This document shows positions 42,792-53,245 of a stretch of DNA of 64,000 bases, piece after piece. This stretch comes from Gammaproteobacteria bacterium. Lineage in GTDB: Bacteria > Pseudomonadota > Gammaproteobacteria > UBA4575. How positions within the stretch are numbered: the first letter of the stretch is position 1; every line of letters begins with the position of its first letter. The notes beneath the pieces are model-generated. The model did not search any database. It was not told where the DNA came from and saw only the letters and a list, made by a program, of their open reading frames with translations. Location of the stretch: contig CBDEUS010000001.1 in assembly GCA_965243395.1 (NCBI GenBank), positions 1,088,001-1,152,000 of the forward strand. Direction: 5' to 3'. A program made the position numbers and the translations under genes.

Positions 42792-43415
42792 TTAATTTAA
42801 CTTGGCTTGGGATCGCTCAAACATATCGCCCGTAAAACGGTTTACATTGTCAATCGATTTCACTAGCTCGGAAGCGATCAAACCTACCTTTTTGCGTTGA
42901 TTTCGAGATTCTGTACGTAACATCTCAAATGCTTGATCACTACTGATGTTAAAGCGCGCCATAAGAATGCCAATCGCAATGCTTGTTTCACGCCCTTGCT
43001 GCAAAGCTATGTTTAATTGTGACTCAGTCTGTTTCAGTGACCTGATATCCTCTGCCCGTTGCATCGCTGACTCAATAGTAGGTAACACATGCTGTACATC
43101 AATAGGTTTGACTAAATATCCTAGTGCACCGGCATTAGCCGCTTCTGTGACAAACTCATCATCTGAATATGCAGAGAGAAATATACAAGAAACATCTGCT
43201 TTATCCCTGAGCTCCAGGGCAGCATCGACGCCTGAAATATCAGGCATTCTAAAATCCATAATGGCAAGATCAGGTTTGACTTCACAACCGATTTCTACAG
43301 CTTGCTTACCATTCTCTGCCTCTAAGACATCGAAATCATACTGACGCAGGTTTTTAGCTAGAGTAACCCGAATTACGCGGTCATCATCCGCGAGTAGTAT
43401 TTGTGCTTTAGACAT
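42792..43415 (-). CDS. REC-ANTAR response regulator (EutV/PdtaR/NasT architecture)
   Basis: LADDD, MDFRMP, FLSA, KP receiver; AIGILMARFNISSDQAFEMLRTESRNQRKKV ANTAR domain; RBS GGAGG. Confidence 0.93.
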   Translation of the reverse strand: MSKAQILLADDDRVIRVTLAKNLRQYDFDVLEAENGKQAVEIGCEVKPDLAIMDFRMPDISGVDAALELRDKADVSCIFLSAYSDDEFVTEAANAGALGYLVKPIDVQHVLPTIESAMQRAEDIRSLKQTESQLNIALQQGRETSIAIGILMARFNISSDQAFEMLRTESRNQRKKVGLIASELVKSIDNVNRFTGDMFERSQAKLN

Positions 43416-43597
43416 GCTTCTCCTCCAAGTAGCAGACCTAAATTATAATTTTTTTATAGTTATAAAGGATCTTCGTCCTTTTGCTTAACAAGTTTAACAG
43501 ACTTTAATTAAACTTGAATTTACTTTAATTAAATTTTAATTTTGCAATAATTAGCTATAATATTTCTTATTATTATTAATACTTTATCAGCTAATTA

Positions 43598-46500
43598 TCA
43601 TATTGCTTCTAGAATATTGAGCTCTGAAGCTAACATATTTAAAACAACCGGTGGGTAAAGTGTAAGCGTTGCTTTTACATAATTATCGACTTGTTCATAC
43701 TGTAACTCAGCACCTTCTGGTGGCATTAAAGACTGCACCATCCCTAGGCCCACACCCCCACTCTCCAAATTCTCATCAAAATCAAATGAGTCCAGTTTCT
43801 CAATGATATTGGCGACAGCGATCTCAACCTTGTCGTCTTGATTTTTTATTATTACTCGCACTCCATTTGAATCGACAGCTTCTACTGCACGATGCTTCAT
43901 TGCATTGGTGACTAATTCAGAAATAATAAGTGACACTGCTACGGTCTCTTCTTCCCATAACTCTAAATGCTCGGAATCTTCACACAGCACTTCAAAAGAA
44001 ATTTCTTGGGAAAATAATTTACTTGATGCTTGTGTTATACGACTAACAAGTTCAACCAAATTTACTAACCTATACTCAGAATCAATCATCAAATTATTAA
44101 CAATAGAAATAGTATCTACCTGGTTAATAGAAGTTACCAAAACATCACGAAGTTGAGGATACGTATCTAAATTGACTTTTAATAACCCAACGATTGCTTG
44201 TAAATTATTTTTAATACGATGTCGCATTTCACGACTGACTTCATCACGTTGCACCTTAATATGATCAAGCCTCTCTTGCTGGCTTGTACTACGCTGAGTT
44301 ATATCTCGACATAATATTCTCAGCTCTCGTGGCATACCTGCTTGAGCTTGGATCAAACGTAACCGTTGGTGAGTATTTATAAGATCACCCTCTTTTGTAA
44401 GCATTCGCACTTCCATTTCAAACTCATTCACTTGATCTTCAAAAACAACACTAAAGTGACGACTGGCACGACGAATATCATTCTCGTGAATCAAGTTCCA
44501 AATTGGTTTATGCAACAACTCATCTTTTTCATATCCTAAATATTCTGAGCAAAATTGATTCACGGATTGAATAATGCCGTTAGCATCAACTGAGAAATAC
44601 ATATCCGGTGCATTTTCGTATAAATCCTGCAATCTATTTTGACTTCGAAGCAATTGTTGTTCCATTTCAACGCGTTCACTAACATCATGAACAAGAGCCA
44701 AACATGTTTGGTTTGATTTAAATAAATTAGCCGATTTAGACGCTGCCCATTCTGTATGCTTAACTTTTCCTTCGGCATCCTGAATTTGCAAACTAAACTG
44801 GTTTTCATTTGCATCAGCTTCCAACATGTATTTATGCAGTTTATCTAAGGCTTCCTTCTGATTTGGGTGTTTTAATGGCCAGTGGTTTGGTGACTTCCCG
44901 AAGACTTCATTCTCACTCCAACCTAAAATTTGCCTGGCTTGTTCAGACCATCTTGTTATAGCGCCCTCAACATTCCATTCGATGATGGCCGTAGGAGAAT
45001 TTTGCAAATGCAGATCCAATGTTTGTTTGGCTTTTTCCTGTCTTTGTTCAGCAAATTGGCTTTGTAATCGATTTGATATCCACTCCGCCATCATCTGCAC
45101 ATACTGTATTTCACTGTCTGTAAATTCATCTGCACGTGGTTCAATACTAGAAAAATTTAAAGTGCCGTAAGGTCTATTATCCAAATACACTGGAGCACCA
45201 ATATAGGCTTCAAGCTGAAGTTCAGAATACGCGGGATGATGAACAATCTCAGTCTGCTTGGCATGCGCAAATCCCATTGCATTTCTCGATTCAATTAATA
45301 ACTGACAATAGGTCAACCCTAGTTCAAATTTATCACCTGATTGTATTTTATAAGATGATGATGTGGTGTGTACTTGCATCACAGTATAACGATCGCCCTC
45401 TATATAAGAAAAAATTCCACATTTCATATCTAAATGCTGACAACCACTTACTAGCAAACATTGTATTTGGTTATGTAGAGTGGTTTCTTCTACTGAAATA
45501 ATAGAATAAAAAGAATGTAAGGCATCTTCATTACGCCGTAATGCAATTTCAGCATGTTTACGTTTGGTAATATCCGCGGTCGTTCCAATCACTCGTAATG
45601 GTTTTCCATTTTCATCGCGTTCTAAAATTCGGCCACGATCATGCACCCATCGCCATTCACCTGACTTGTGTTTAAGACGATGTTCATGCTCATAAAAATC
45701 GGTATCACCTTGTATGTGAGCATTAAACGCATGTTTTGTTTCGTTTAAGTCATTTTTGTGAATCAAAGATTCCCATGGGTGCTTGTCATGCAATAGCTCT
45801 TCTTTTAAATAACCTATTAATTCATACCAGCGATCATCGAAATAAAATTCATCCTTACCTAAATCTATTTCCCATACACCATCTTGTGTACTTTCCAACG
45901 CAAGCTGTAAGCGTTGCTGCTGTTTGCGCACTTTCTCTGTGGCTTCGAATCGTCGTTGACGGTCTTTTTGATACAAATAAAACGCAATAACAACTGCAGC
46001 AAGAATCGCTAAAAACTTAAGCAGCCCGTTAAGAATGATATCTTTCAATCTTTCAGAGAATAACGTTGCATTATGAAGCGATACCACATCCCACTGTGTA
46101 CCACTAATGGAAGCCACTGCACCTACACGTTGCATATCATCGGGCTCTAAATAAACATCATTGACTAATTCTAAATCTGTGCCTGGAGTAGCTAATTCGA
46201 CAAACCCTGGTACATCTTGGCGCCACAGTACAAGCTGGTAATCAACATTTTGATGTTTGTAAAGTAGTGGTTGTACTAATTCAGGTGGAAAGCTAACACC
46301 GAAAATTCCAAGAAAATTATTTTTGTGATTCCAAGGAACAATAATATTGAAATGGTCATGCTCAGAATTACGATGCATTCGCACAGCGTACTCTATCTGA
46401 CTTTCACTGATTGACGGCAATAAATAAACTTCTGGTTTGTTTTGCTGTGTGCCATCCGAATCAATTATTAATTTGCCTTGCTTATCCCATATAAGAAAAT

Positions 46501-46927
46501 TAAGTGCATCAGGGTAGCTACTACTAATCTCACGATTAAGTATTCTAATTGCGGGAGAATCAGTCTTTTTACTTTGCTTGGCTTCATTTAGTAACTCAGT
46601 ATGATTCTCAGCAAACATACCCAGACTGTATTCCATCTGCTCAACATAATTCGCTATTTCATTAGCTGCAGACCATGATGAGCGCTGCATCAATTCTGTT
46701 TGAGACTTTTCGAATTGCGAGTAGTGCTCCCAACCACTCCACAGAAGCAAAGCTAAAACAACAGACAATAGGAACACTACAACTGAAAGCGGAACCCTTT
46801 GCTTAACAAAAGGTAACTTCGCAGTTGAAGCAAACCAAGTTTTGCTATCAGCCGAGATAACTCCTCCTTTACGGCAACCTCCCAACCAATGCGTTACTCT
46901 TATAATTCTTACTCGATGTACGAGCAC
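43598..46927 (-). CDS. Membrane sensor kinase: TM-periplasmic-TM, PAS, GAF, PAS, PAS, HisKA_2, HATPase (start uncertain)
   Basis: Two TM segments; DGVWE..., AYIGAPVY..YGTLNF GAF; EMRHRIKNNLQ H-box; ELVTNAMKH; GVGLGMV. Confidence 0.88.
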   Translation of the reverse strand: MLVHRVRIIRVTHWLGGCRKGGVISADSKTWFASTAKLPFVKQRVPLSVVVFLLSVVLALLLWSGWEHYSQFEKSQTELMQRSSWSAANEIANYVEQMEYSLGMFAENHTELLNEAKQSKKTDSPAIRILNREISSSYPDALNFLIWDKQGKLIIDSDGTQQNKPEVYLLPSISESQIEYAVRMHRNSEHDHFNIIVPWNHKNNFLGIFGVSFPPELVQPLLYKHQNVDYQLVLWRQDVPGFVELATPGTDLELVNDVYLEPDDMQRVGAVASISGTQWDVVSLHNATLFSERLKDIILNGLLKFLAILAAVVIAFYLYQKDRQRRFEATEKVRKQQQRLQLALESTQDGVWEIDLGKDEFYFDDRWYELIGYLKEELLHDKHPWESLIHKNDLNETKHAFNAHIQGDTDFYEHEHRLKHKSGEWRWVHDRGRILERDENGKPLRVIGTTADITKRKHAEIALRRNEDALHSFYSIISVEETTLHNQIQCLLVSGCQHLDMKCGIFSYIEGDRYTVMQVHTTSSSYKIQSGDKFELGLTYCQLLIESRNAMGFAHAKQTEIVHHPAYSELQLEAYIGAPVYLDNRPYGTLNFSSIEPRADEFTDSEIQYVQMMAEWISNRLQSQFAEQRQEKAKQTLDLHLQNSPTAIIEWNVEGAITRWSEQARQILGWSENEVFGKSPNHWPLKHPNQKEALDKLHKYMLEADANENQFSLQIQDAEGKVKHTEWAASKSANLFKSNQTCLALVHDVSERVEMEQQLLRSQNRLQDLYENAPDMYFSVDANGIIQSVNQFCSEYLGYEKDELLHKPIWNLIHENDIRRASRHFSVVFEDQVNEFEMEVRMLTKEGDLINTHQRLRLIQAQAGMPRELRILCRDITQRSTSQQERLDHIKVQRDEVSREMRHRIKNNLQAIVGLLKVNLDTYPQLRDVLVTSINQVDTISIVNNLMIDSEYRLVNLVELVSRITQASSKLFSQEISFEVLCEDSEHLELWEEETVAVSLIISELVTNAMKHRAVEAVDSNGVRVIIKNQDDKVEIAVANIIEKLDSFDFDENLESGGVGLGMVQSLMPPEGAELQYEQVDNYVKATLTLYPPVVLNMLASELNILEAI

Positions 46928-47055
46928 TGCTTCTTTTATGAATTTTTATTAAGCAAGCTGTCTAATATACTTTAATACTGCTTATCGAATCTAATTAATA
47001 AATTTAATAGTTTTTGCTAATACCTGTTCAATCACTTTATTTATAGGTTGATCCT

Positions 47056-49347
47056 TTACCATTTAATTCCATGGTGCTCAATGGCTTTAATTTTGGCTTC
47101 TGAATTGCTCAATTCCGGAATATCTAATCCATCCAGCTTGTTACGTAATTCTTGTGTTGCTTCTCTTGCCTCAGATGCATTTCGAATTGCAGTAGGAGTG
47201 ATAAGAACGAGAAGCTCTGTGCGCTCAGATGACTTGGTTGTAGTACCGAACAATGGGCCCAGTACTGGTAAATTACGTAATCCTGGGACACCTATGTTGC
47301 CATCAGAATTTGTATCTTGAATAAGGCCCCCAAGTACAATTGTATCGCCACTCGGGACAGAAACTGAGGTGCTTACTTCACGTTGATCAATTGTAGGTGA
47401 ATCTATTGCAGATGAAGTCGTGGGATTTGCAGTACGTATATTTTGATAGATATCCATTACAACCGTACCATTTTGACTCACTCTGGGTGCTACTTGCAGC
47501 GTCACACCTGTTTCAACAAACTGAATAGTACTTGTCACTAAATCACTTGTACCCGTATTCGTAGATTCTGAAGTACGCACAGGGACTTGATCACCTACAT
47601 TTATTGAAGCCGTATGATTATCAAGCACCATTAATGACGGTGATGAAAGAACTTGCATCTTGTCATCTTGAGCAAGCGCACTTAGAACAGCTCGAACAAT
47701 TCCACCCGAATCTACTAATGAATAAGAAAATCCACCGTTTGTAGTCGCACCAATTAGTCCTGCATCTGCACCACCTACACCATCACCTAATCTACCAATA
47801 CCCGTATTTCCATCAATGTCATTATTTCTGAAAAACCACTGTGTTCCATATTCCAAATCACCTGTGAGTTCTACTTCTACAATAGTAGCTTCAAGCAATA
47901 CTTGTAATGGCGAAATATCTAAACGTTTAATTGCATCTTCTATGTCTTTATATTCTTCATTTGTGGCTTTTACTACCAAAGCATTATTTTCTTCATCAGC
48001 AATAATTTTAATTGGACTGTTATTATTACCACTTCCATTCGTTCCACTATTGAATGTATCTGAAGAAGAAAAACGTTCTGTATTAGGACTTAAACTTCCT
48101 GGCAGTGAAGCACCTGCACCAGTTGGAACACCTGCGCTTATTCCATCAGCATCGCCACTAATAAATCCAGAATCCGAATTACCAATACCAGAGCTTTGAC
48201 TCACTCCACCCGATAATCCAGGTGCTAGGGCAGCAGGATCTTGTCCTTCTTGCGTGGATACGTCCGCATCAAATAACTCCGACAATATTTGCGCTAAGTA
48301 TCCAGCACGTAAATTTTGTACAAAATATACGTGCAAGGTGCGTGCAATGGTGTTATCGACCCGATCTAAGCGATCGATCCACTGTGAAACCGTATTTAAA
48401 TAACGACGCTGTGGAGTTATAGCGAGAATTGCATTTAAACGTTCTATTTCAACAAAGCGTAAAATATCGACTTGTTTCTCTTGTCCACTAAAACCAAAAA
48501 TTGAATTTAATTCTTCTATAACTTTTTTAGCAGAAGATGAGGTCAATCTGAAAATGGCAGTAGACATCCCTTTGAATTGATCTACATCAAATATCTCCAC
48601 TGTATCCAGCATATTCTTTAATTCCGCCTGGGTACCCGAAACTAACAAAATATTTCTACCAGGATCTGTTTGGATCATGGCATTTTCACCTTGCAAGGAA
48701 CGCAGAACGTTTTTCATTTCTGTTGCTGAAATATACTGCAATGGCACAACAATAATTTGATAACCTTTTTGACGATCTAACTCATAAGAAGGCGTTACTA
48801 CACTACTTAAGCCCTCGCTGGCTGGAAGTATTTGAAAAATTCCTTCATTTTCAGCCAGTACCGCATTGTTAGCTTTGAGTATATTTTCCATCACGGGTAT
48901 CAATGCCTCTTTAGCCAATGGTCGACCCGTTTTAAGGCTGACCGTGCCTGTTACACGCTCATCAACCACATATGCACGACCCAACAAATCTCCAAGAATA
49001 GTCGCAGCAACCTCTTCAATGGGTGCATCTTGAAACATTAATGTGATATCACCAGTAGCACTATCGGATAAACCTGATGATCCAGGTCTTGCTGTAAACG
49101 TACCCGTTCCGGGATAAAACTCTGCAGCACGCTCTTCAGGTTTAGTAGGAGTATTAGATTCTCCATCTGCTGATGTAGCAGTATCAACTTCTATATTTTT
49201 TGTTGAAGTCTTAGCAACATCATCTACGCTAACTTCTGGCTGATTATTAGAAGAATTTGTTGTCGTGCAACCACTGAAAATAAAAACCAACGCTACAAAT
49301 ACAAAATGTAAGCATTTTTGAAAATCTGAAAGTTTGAATCTATTCAT
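47056..49347 (-). CDS. gspD: T2SS secretin, lipoprotein type (start probably ATG 49347)
   Basis: Lipobox IFSGC; N domains; QVLLEATIVEV, VLSSPSLMVLDN, LGGLIQ, ELLVLITP. Confidence 0.93.
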   Translation of the reverse strand: MNRFKLSDFQKCLHFVFVALVFIFSGCTTTNSSNNQPEVSVDDVAKTSTKNIEVDTATSADGESNTPTKPEERAAEFYPGTGTFTARPGSSGLSDSATGDITLMFQDAPIEEVAATILGDLLGRAYVVDERVTGTVSLKTGRPLAKEALIPVMENILKANNAVLAENEGIFQILPASEGLSSVVTPSYELDRQKGYQIIVVPLQYISATEMKNVLRSLQGENAMIQTDPGRNILLVSGTQAELKNMLDTVEIFDVDQFKGMSTAIFRLTSSSAKKVIEELNSIFGFSGQEKQVDILRFVEIERLNAILAITPQRRYLNTVSQWIDRLDRVDNTIARTLHVYFVQNLRAGYLAQILSELFDADVSTQEGQDPAALAPGLSGGVSQSSGIGNSDSGFISGDADGISAGVPTGAGASLPGSLSPNTERFSSSDTFNSGTNGSGNNNSPIKIIADEENNALVVKATNEEYKDIEDAIKRLDISPLQVLLEATIVEVELTGDLEYGTQWFFRNNDIDGNTGIGRLGDGVGGADAGLIGATTNGGFSYSLVDSGGIVRAVLSALAQDDKMQVLSSPSLMVLDNHTASINVGDQVPVRTSESTNTGTSDLVTSTIQFVETGVTLQVAPRVSQNGTVVMDIYQNIRTANPTTSSAIDSPTIDQREVSTSVSVPSGDTIVLGGLIQDTNSDGNIGVPGLRNLPVLGPLFGTTTKSSERTELLVLITPTAIRNASEAREATQELRNKLDGLDIPELSNSEAKIKAIEHHGIKW

Positions 49348-49736
49348 AAAAACCTTATGTTTAACAAGCAAACAAAGAATTGTTTGATAAACACCAAACA
49401 ATTACATAATTAAATGTAAGTTGTATTAAACACGATGGTTAACGCACAATTAATTGCACGCTACCTCCTCCAATATATTTATTATTTTCGATACTTAAGA
49501 GGCTATTGCTCTGAAGCTAATTGCACCAAATTAGTGAGGGCGGGGTCTGGGGCCGTAAAAGGTGCTTATTTATCAATTATTTGTCTACACGTTACGCGGC
49601 AGACTCTAAAGAGTCAATGGAAATCTAAAATACAGTATAAATCTTAAGGTTAAATTATTTTTATTGGGATTAAATAATCAGTGCTTTATTAGTGAGTTAA
49701 CTAAGGACTACAAACAAAGTAAAAAATTTTTAGATT

Positions 49737-50654
49737 TTAATCATCAAAAATTTTAGCGCCAAGAGCCTCTAATGCCCGTAATTCATCCTCTGTAATATCT
49801 TCATCATCATAAAAATCTTCATCATCAATTTCTAACGATGCATCTTCCCAGTCACCCAATAATTCATCGCCTAAATCACTGTAACCGCTATCTTCGTTAT
49901 AGCTAATATCTTTATCGTTTACTGCAGGTATTTTTATTGGTGATTTTCTTAACGAACTTCCCCCCGACTTAGTTTCACGTATTCTGGGCACTTCATTAAT
50001 ATTATCTGACTGACCCGTTTTCGTCTTATTGTTCCATGATTTACTCGTCACTTTTTGTTTTGGCAGATCTTCCGTATCACCATCCGCAGATCTCTGATAA
50101 GCACGAACCGCACTACTCGTTGTACGATTTATTTTACTTTTGTTTAATTGACTAATCAGCTTTGCTTGTTTTGCTTTACTACTCCCTTCAATAGGTGTGA
50201 CGAAAAGCTTATATTCTATTTCTGCATTTTGAAACTTCACATAATCAGATGATACTTCCGCAATTTTCCAATTTTTATAATTTTCCCCAACTTTTAATCT
50301 TTCCATCTGTTTTGCTTTTGTATCTGCAATAATTCCAACTTGCACGTCTGTACTTCTTGCAGTCCCTACTAAAATGAGATGTGATAATTCATTAACAGTA
50401 GTAACTTGACTTAGAGTATTTGAACCCGGCGCTGGAAACCGTCCTTTTACAAACAAAGGCCTTTGAGTGATTTCAGAATAATTTTCTATGTCACCTAATA
50501 ATCCAAATTGCGGTAGCTCGTAGTCAATGGATTTAGCAATATCTTTATCAGTGTTTGGTATATCTAATTCATTTGAATCCAGCGGGTAAGACATCACTTG
50601 ATAGGCAAATAGTGCTAACAATGCTAAACAAATTGTACTCAAGAATATCTTCAC
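49737..50654 (-). CDS. GspC/GspN-like T2SS accessory protein with long acidic tail
   Basis: N-terminal TM, RPLF..GR, LVGT, LKVGE...WKI..V; lies between gspM and gspD. Confidence 0.65.
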   Translation of the reverse strand: MKIFLSTICLALLALFAYQVMSYPLDSNELDIPNTDKDIAKSIDYELPQFGLLGDIENYSEITQRPLFVKGRFPAPGSNTLSQVTTVNELSHLILVGTARSTDVQVGIIADTKAKQMERLKVGENYKNWKIAEVSSDYVKFQNAEIEYKLFVTPIEGSSKAKQAKLISQLNKSKINRTTSSAVRAYQRSADGDTEDLPKQKVTSKSWNNKTKTGQSDNINEVPRIRETKSGGSSLRKSPIKIPAVNDKDISYNEDSGYSDLGDELLGDWEDASLEIDDEDFYDDEDITEDELRALEALGAKIFDD

Positions 50655-50663
50655 AATAACTTC

Positions 50664-51254
50664 CTAACTTGTCTCTTCCGCAGCCAAAAAACCTGACACA
50701 TCAAAACGGATATCTAAAGCTTCATCAGAATTATTAGAGTTCTGACTTCTAAAAGTAGTTCGATATCCTCTACCGATATTTATTTTGTCGATTATCAGCA
50801 CTGGAATATGGGCTTCAAGATCATATATGAAATTACGCAAACTACTTATATCTGCACGACAATGCACGGAAACTTTAATTTGACGTTCATCCAGATTTCC
50901 ACTGGTCACTGGTTGAGTGCTTAATATTTTAGCTCCATTACGAGTTAATACATCTTTGATTATTCCTTGTAATTCAGCAGAAATAATCGCGGCTTTACCA
51001 TGCTCAAAATAATATTCTTGTTCCTCATTGTATGCTTGCAACTTTGCTAGTTTGTTTGACAAACCTTTAGTTCTACCAGATATCGCTTTATATTGTGTTA
51101 GTCGATGTTGCAATGATGCAACCTCATCTTTAGTGCTGTTAAACACAGCATAAGCAGGTAGTATTACTAAAAATAATAAAAGCACTACTGCAAAAACAAG
51201 TACTGAAAGTGCAGCTAACTTATGTTTTGATTCTGGCATCTGTGGAATATTCAT
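50664..51254 (-). CDS. gspM: T2SS protein M
   Basis: TM plus coiled coil, AELQ, LRNFIYDLE..IPVLIID; operon position. Confidence 0.82.
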   Translation of the reverse strand: MNIPQMPESKHKLAALSVLVFAVVLLLFLVILPAYAVFNSTKDEVASLQHRLTQYKAISGRTKGLSNKLAKLQAYNEEQEYYFEHGKAAIISAELQGIIKDVLTRNGAKILSTQPVTSGNLDERQIKVSVHCRADISSLRNFIYDLEAHIPVLIIDKINIGRGYRTTFRSQNSNNSDEALDIRFDVSGFLAAEETS

Positions 51255-51266
51255 TATTTTTCTTAA

Positions 51267-52343
51267 CTATGAATTTACTTCACGCTTGATTTGCGCCGTT
51301 ATGGAATAACGCTCCAAGCCATCACCGCCACTTTGTGTGACTGGAGCTGCAAACCGAATATCATCAAACATTCCTGTTTGATCAATCACTGGAATCAATT
51401 CAGACGCTGACGCCGATAAACCTTGGATGGATAGCAGCCCTTCCTCCACACTTAAACGTTGAACATATGTGTGATCAGGCATCACTTGTGTTAATAAATT
51501 TAACATCTCAATGATACTGGGATTGTCCTCTTTAATATTAACTAAATACCCCACTTGATCTTGCATTTTTGAATATTCACTTTGTAACTTTTTTACTTTT
51601 TGTACCGTATGCTCCAAGCTCTCTAGCTCAGACGAAAGTTTATTAATATGAATATAATTAATCGCCAAAGGAGTTACCCCGGTTAAGATTAATAATCCTG
51701 CTGCTGCAGTTGCCAACCATTTGATAGATGAATTGTTATTTCTGTTAATACCTGCTTGTGAACGGAGTAAATTTACCCCACTCAAGTTTTGATCAGGATC
51801 ATCAGCATTAATAATATCAATGCTCTGTAGATGCACATTACTATTTTCAATTGCAGCAACAACAGGATTTAGAATTTCTTTTCTTATAACAATCAACAGT
51901 ACCCTAATGAGCTGTTTATCTTTAAAGCGCTCTTCAATACGATAATCAAAGTAGACATCTTCTTTATCAAATGGAGTATAGCGGTCCATTTCATACTGAA
52001 TCACTTCATATAGATTTTCTTCTGTATTAGCTGGTAATGATACCTGTCGTGTAAGCACTTCACTTTTATCAATATGTACATTTAATGCTAAGCTCTCTTT
52101 TGATGCTTCACTATTAAACAGTTCCTCTAACATTTGAGTTTTGTTTTCTTTTGACTGTTCAATATGTAGTAATAATTCATCACTGCTATTTAGAACTTGA
52201 AGCTGATCCGGATCTAATTTTAATAGTAAAGAATCTTTATTACGCCCAATGTTTTTATTTCTATCTCCAGGCAATAGCAAAAACAACCCCTCTGCCCACC
52301 AGATGAGTAATTCTTTTACGGACTGTGTAATTGAAGATAAAAT
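51267..52343 (-). CDS. gspL: T2SS protein L with PilN-like domain (probable ATT start at 52343; ORF track starts 52286)
   Basis: WWAEGLFLLLP N-terminal motif, YEMDRYTPF..EDVYFD, NLL, TM, LTQVMPDHT, FAAPV. Confidence 0.8.
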   Translation of the reverse strand: MLSSITQSVKELLIWWAEGLFLLLPGDRNKNIGRNKDSLLLKLDPDQLQVLNSSDELLLHIEQSKENKTQMLEELFNSEASKESLALNVHIDKSEVLTRQVSLPANTEENLYEVIQYEMDRYTPFDKEDVYFDYRIEERFKDKQLIRVLLIVIRKEILNPVVAAIENSNVHLQSIDIINADDPDQNLSGVNLLRSQAGINRNNNSSIKWLATAAAGLLILTGVTPLAINYIHINKLSSELESLEHTVQKVKKLQSEYSKMQDQVGYLVNIKEDNPSIIEMLNLLTQVMPDHTYVQRLSVEEGLLSIQGLSASASELIPVIDQTGMFDDIRFAAPVTQSGGDGLERYSITAQIKREVNS

Positions 52344-52417
52344 AGTATGTTCCTGTAGTTATAATTATTATGAATACTTTTGCAGATTATGGTGAAGCAG
52401 CAATTTTAGTTGCTAAT

Positions 52418-53245
52418 TTATCCCAACTTCCACCCTAATATTGCAAAAGGTTCAAACGTATTGCCTCTTTGTAATCGCACAATACATGTAATTGTTGTCG
52501 AGTATCCATTTGGATCTCTAGCATTAACATGCAATGTATAAATTAAACCCCCTGTTTCTGTAAAATAGTCAGTAGAAAAATCTTCACTTTGACCTGCATC
52601 AGTCACATTGTTGAGGGCATTTTTAACTATATTAGAAGCTAATGCAGTGTTGACACCTAAATCTTGTGCATGAATAGTTACATAAGGTTTAACTCTATTA
52701 AAAATCTCTGGTGTCATTCCAAGTAGAAGTGACAACTCATCAATACTATCAAACTCATCATCTTTAGATTCATACGCGAGCCCGTGAGCCGCATAATCCT
52801 GATCTTCTGCTCCATTTGCTCGCTTTAGACTATCCCGATCGCGCCAATCACCTATTGCGCCTGCAATTAATGCGCTGTTTTTGTCGTTTACACCAACTGC
52901 AATGAACAATGATTCTAATAAGTCTATTGGGGCCAGATTAATATCCACTTTCCCTGATTCATCCACAATGGATACAGATATTTTTACATCATCTATTTGA
53001 TAACTATAGTTTGGTTTTTTAATTATGTAGCCTTGCAGTTCATCACGACTAATTAGCTTATGTACACTTAACATTAAAGCACCTTCCGCTGCATGTTTAG
53101 TTTTAAAACTACTTACAACATTATTAGCCAAACTCAAACTGGCGCGAGCTTGGTATGAAACTGAACCAGCAATTACAGCTAAAAATGCTGTAATCCATAA
53201 TACGGTTATTAAAGCAAATCCCTTATGTGTACGATGCATAGACAT
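52418..53245 (-). CDS. gspK: Minor pseudopilin K
   Basis: GFALITVLW, DESGKVDINLA, DWRDRD, GAE..DY. Confidence 0.9.
   Translation of the reverse strand: MSMHRTHKGFALITVLWITAFLAVIAGSVSYQARASLSLANNVVSSFKTKHAAEGALMLSVHKLISRDELQGYIIKKPNYSYQIDDVKISVSIVDESGKVDINLAPIDLLESLFIAVGVNDKNSALIAGAIGDWRDRDSLKRANGAEDQDYAAHGLAYESKDDEFDSIDELSLLLGMTPEIFNRVKPYVTIHAQDLGVNTALASNIVKNALNNVTDAGQSEDFSTDYFTETGGLIYTLHVNARDPNGYSTTITCIVRLQRGNTFEPFAILGWKLG

Noticed and set aside
43464-43481. Hairpin AAAGGA-N6-TCCTTT upstream of the ANTAR gene as an autoregulatory ANTAR site
   Set aside because: Single hairpin, and the minus-strand loop CGAAGA lacks A1/G4.
49435-49647. 70-aa plus-strand ORF between gspD and the gspC/N-like gene
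   Set aside because: Antisense to the operon with no RBS or motif; more likely gspD promoter/leader DNA.
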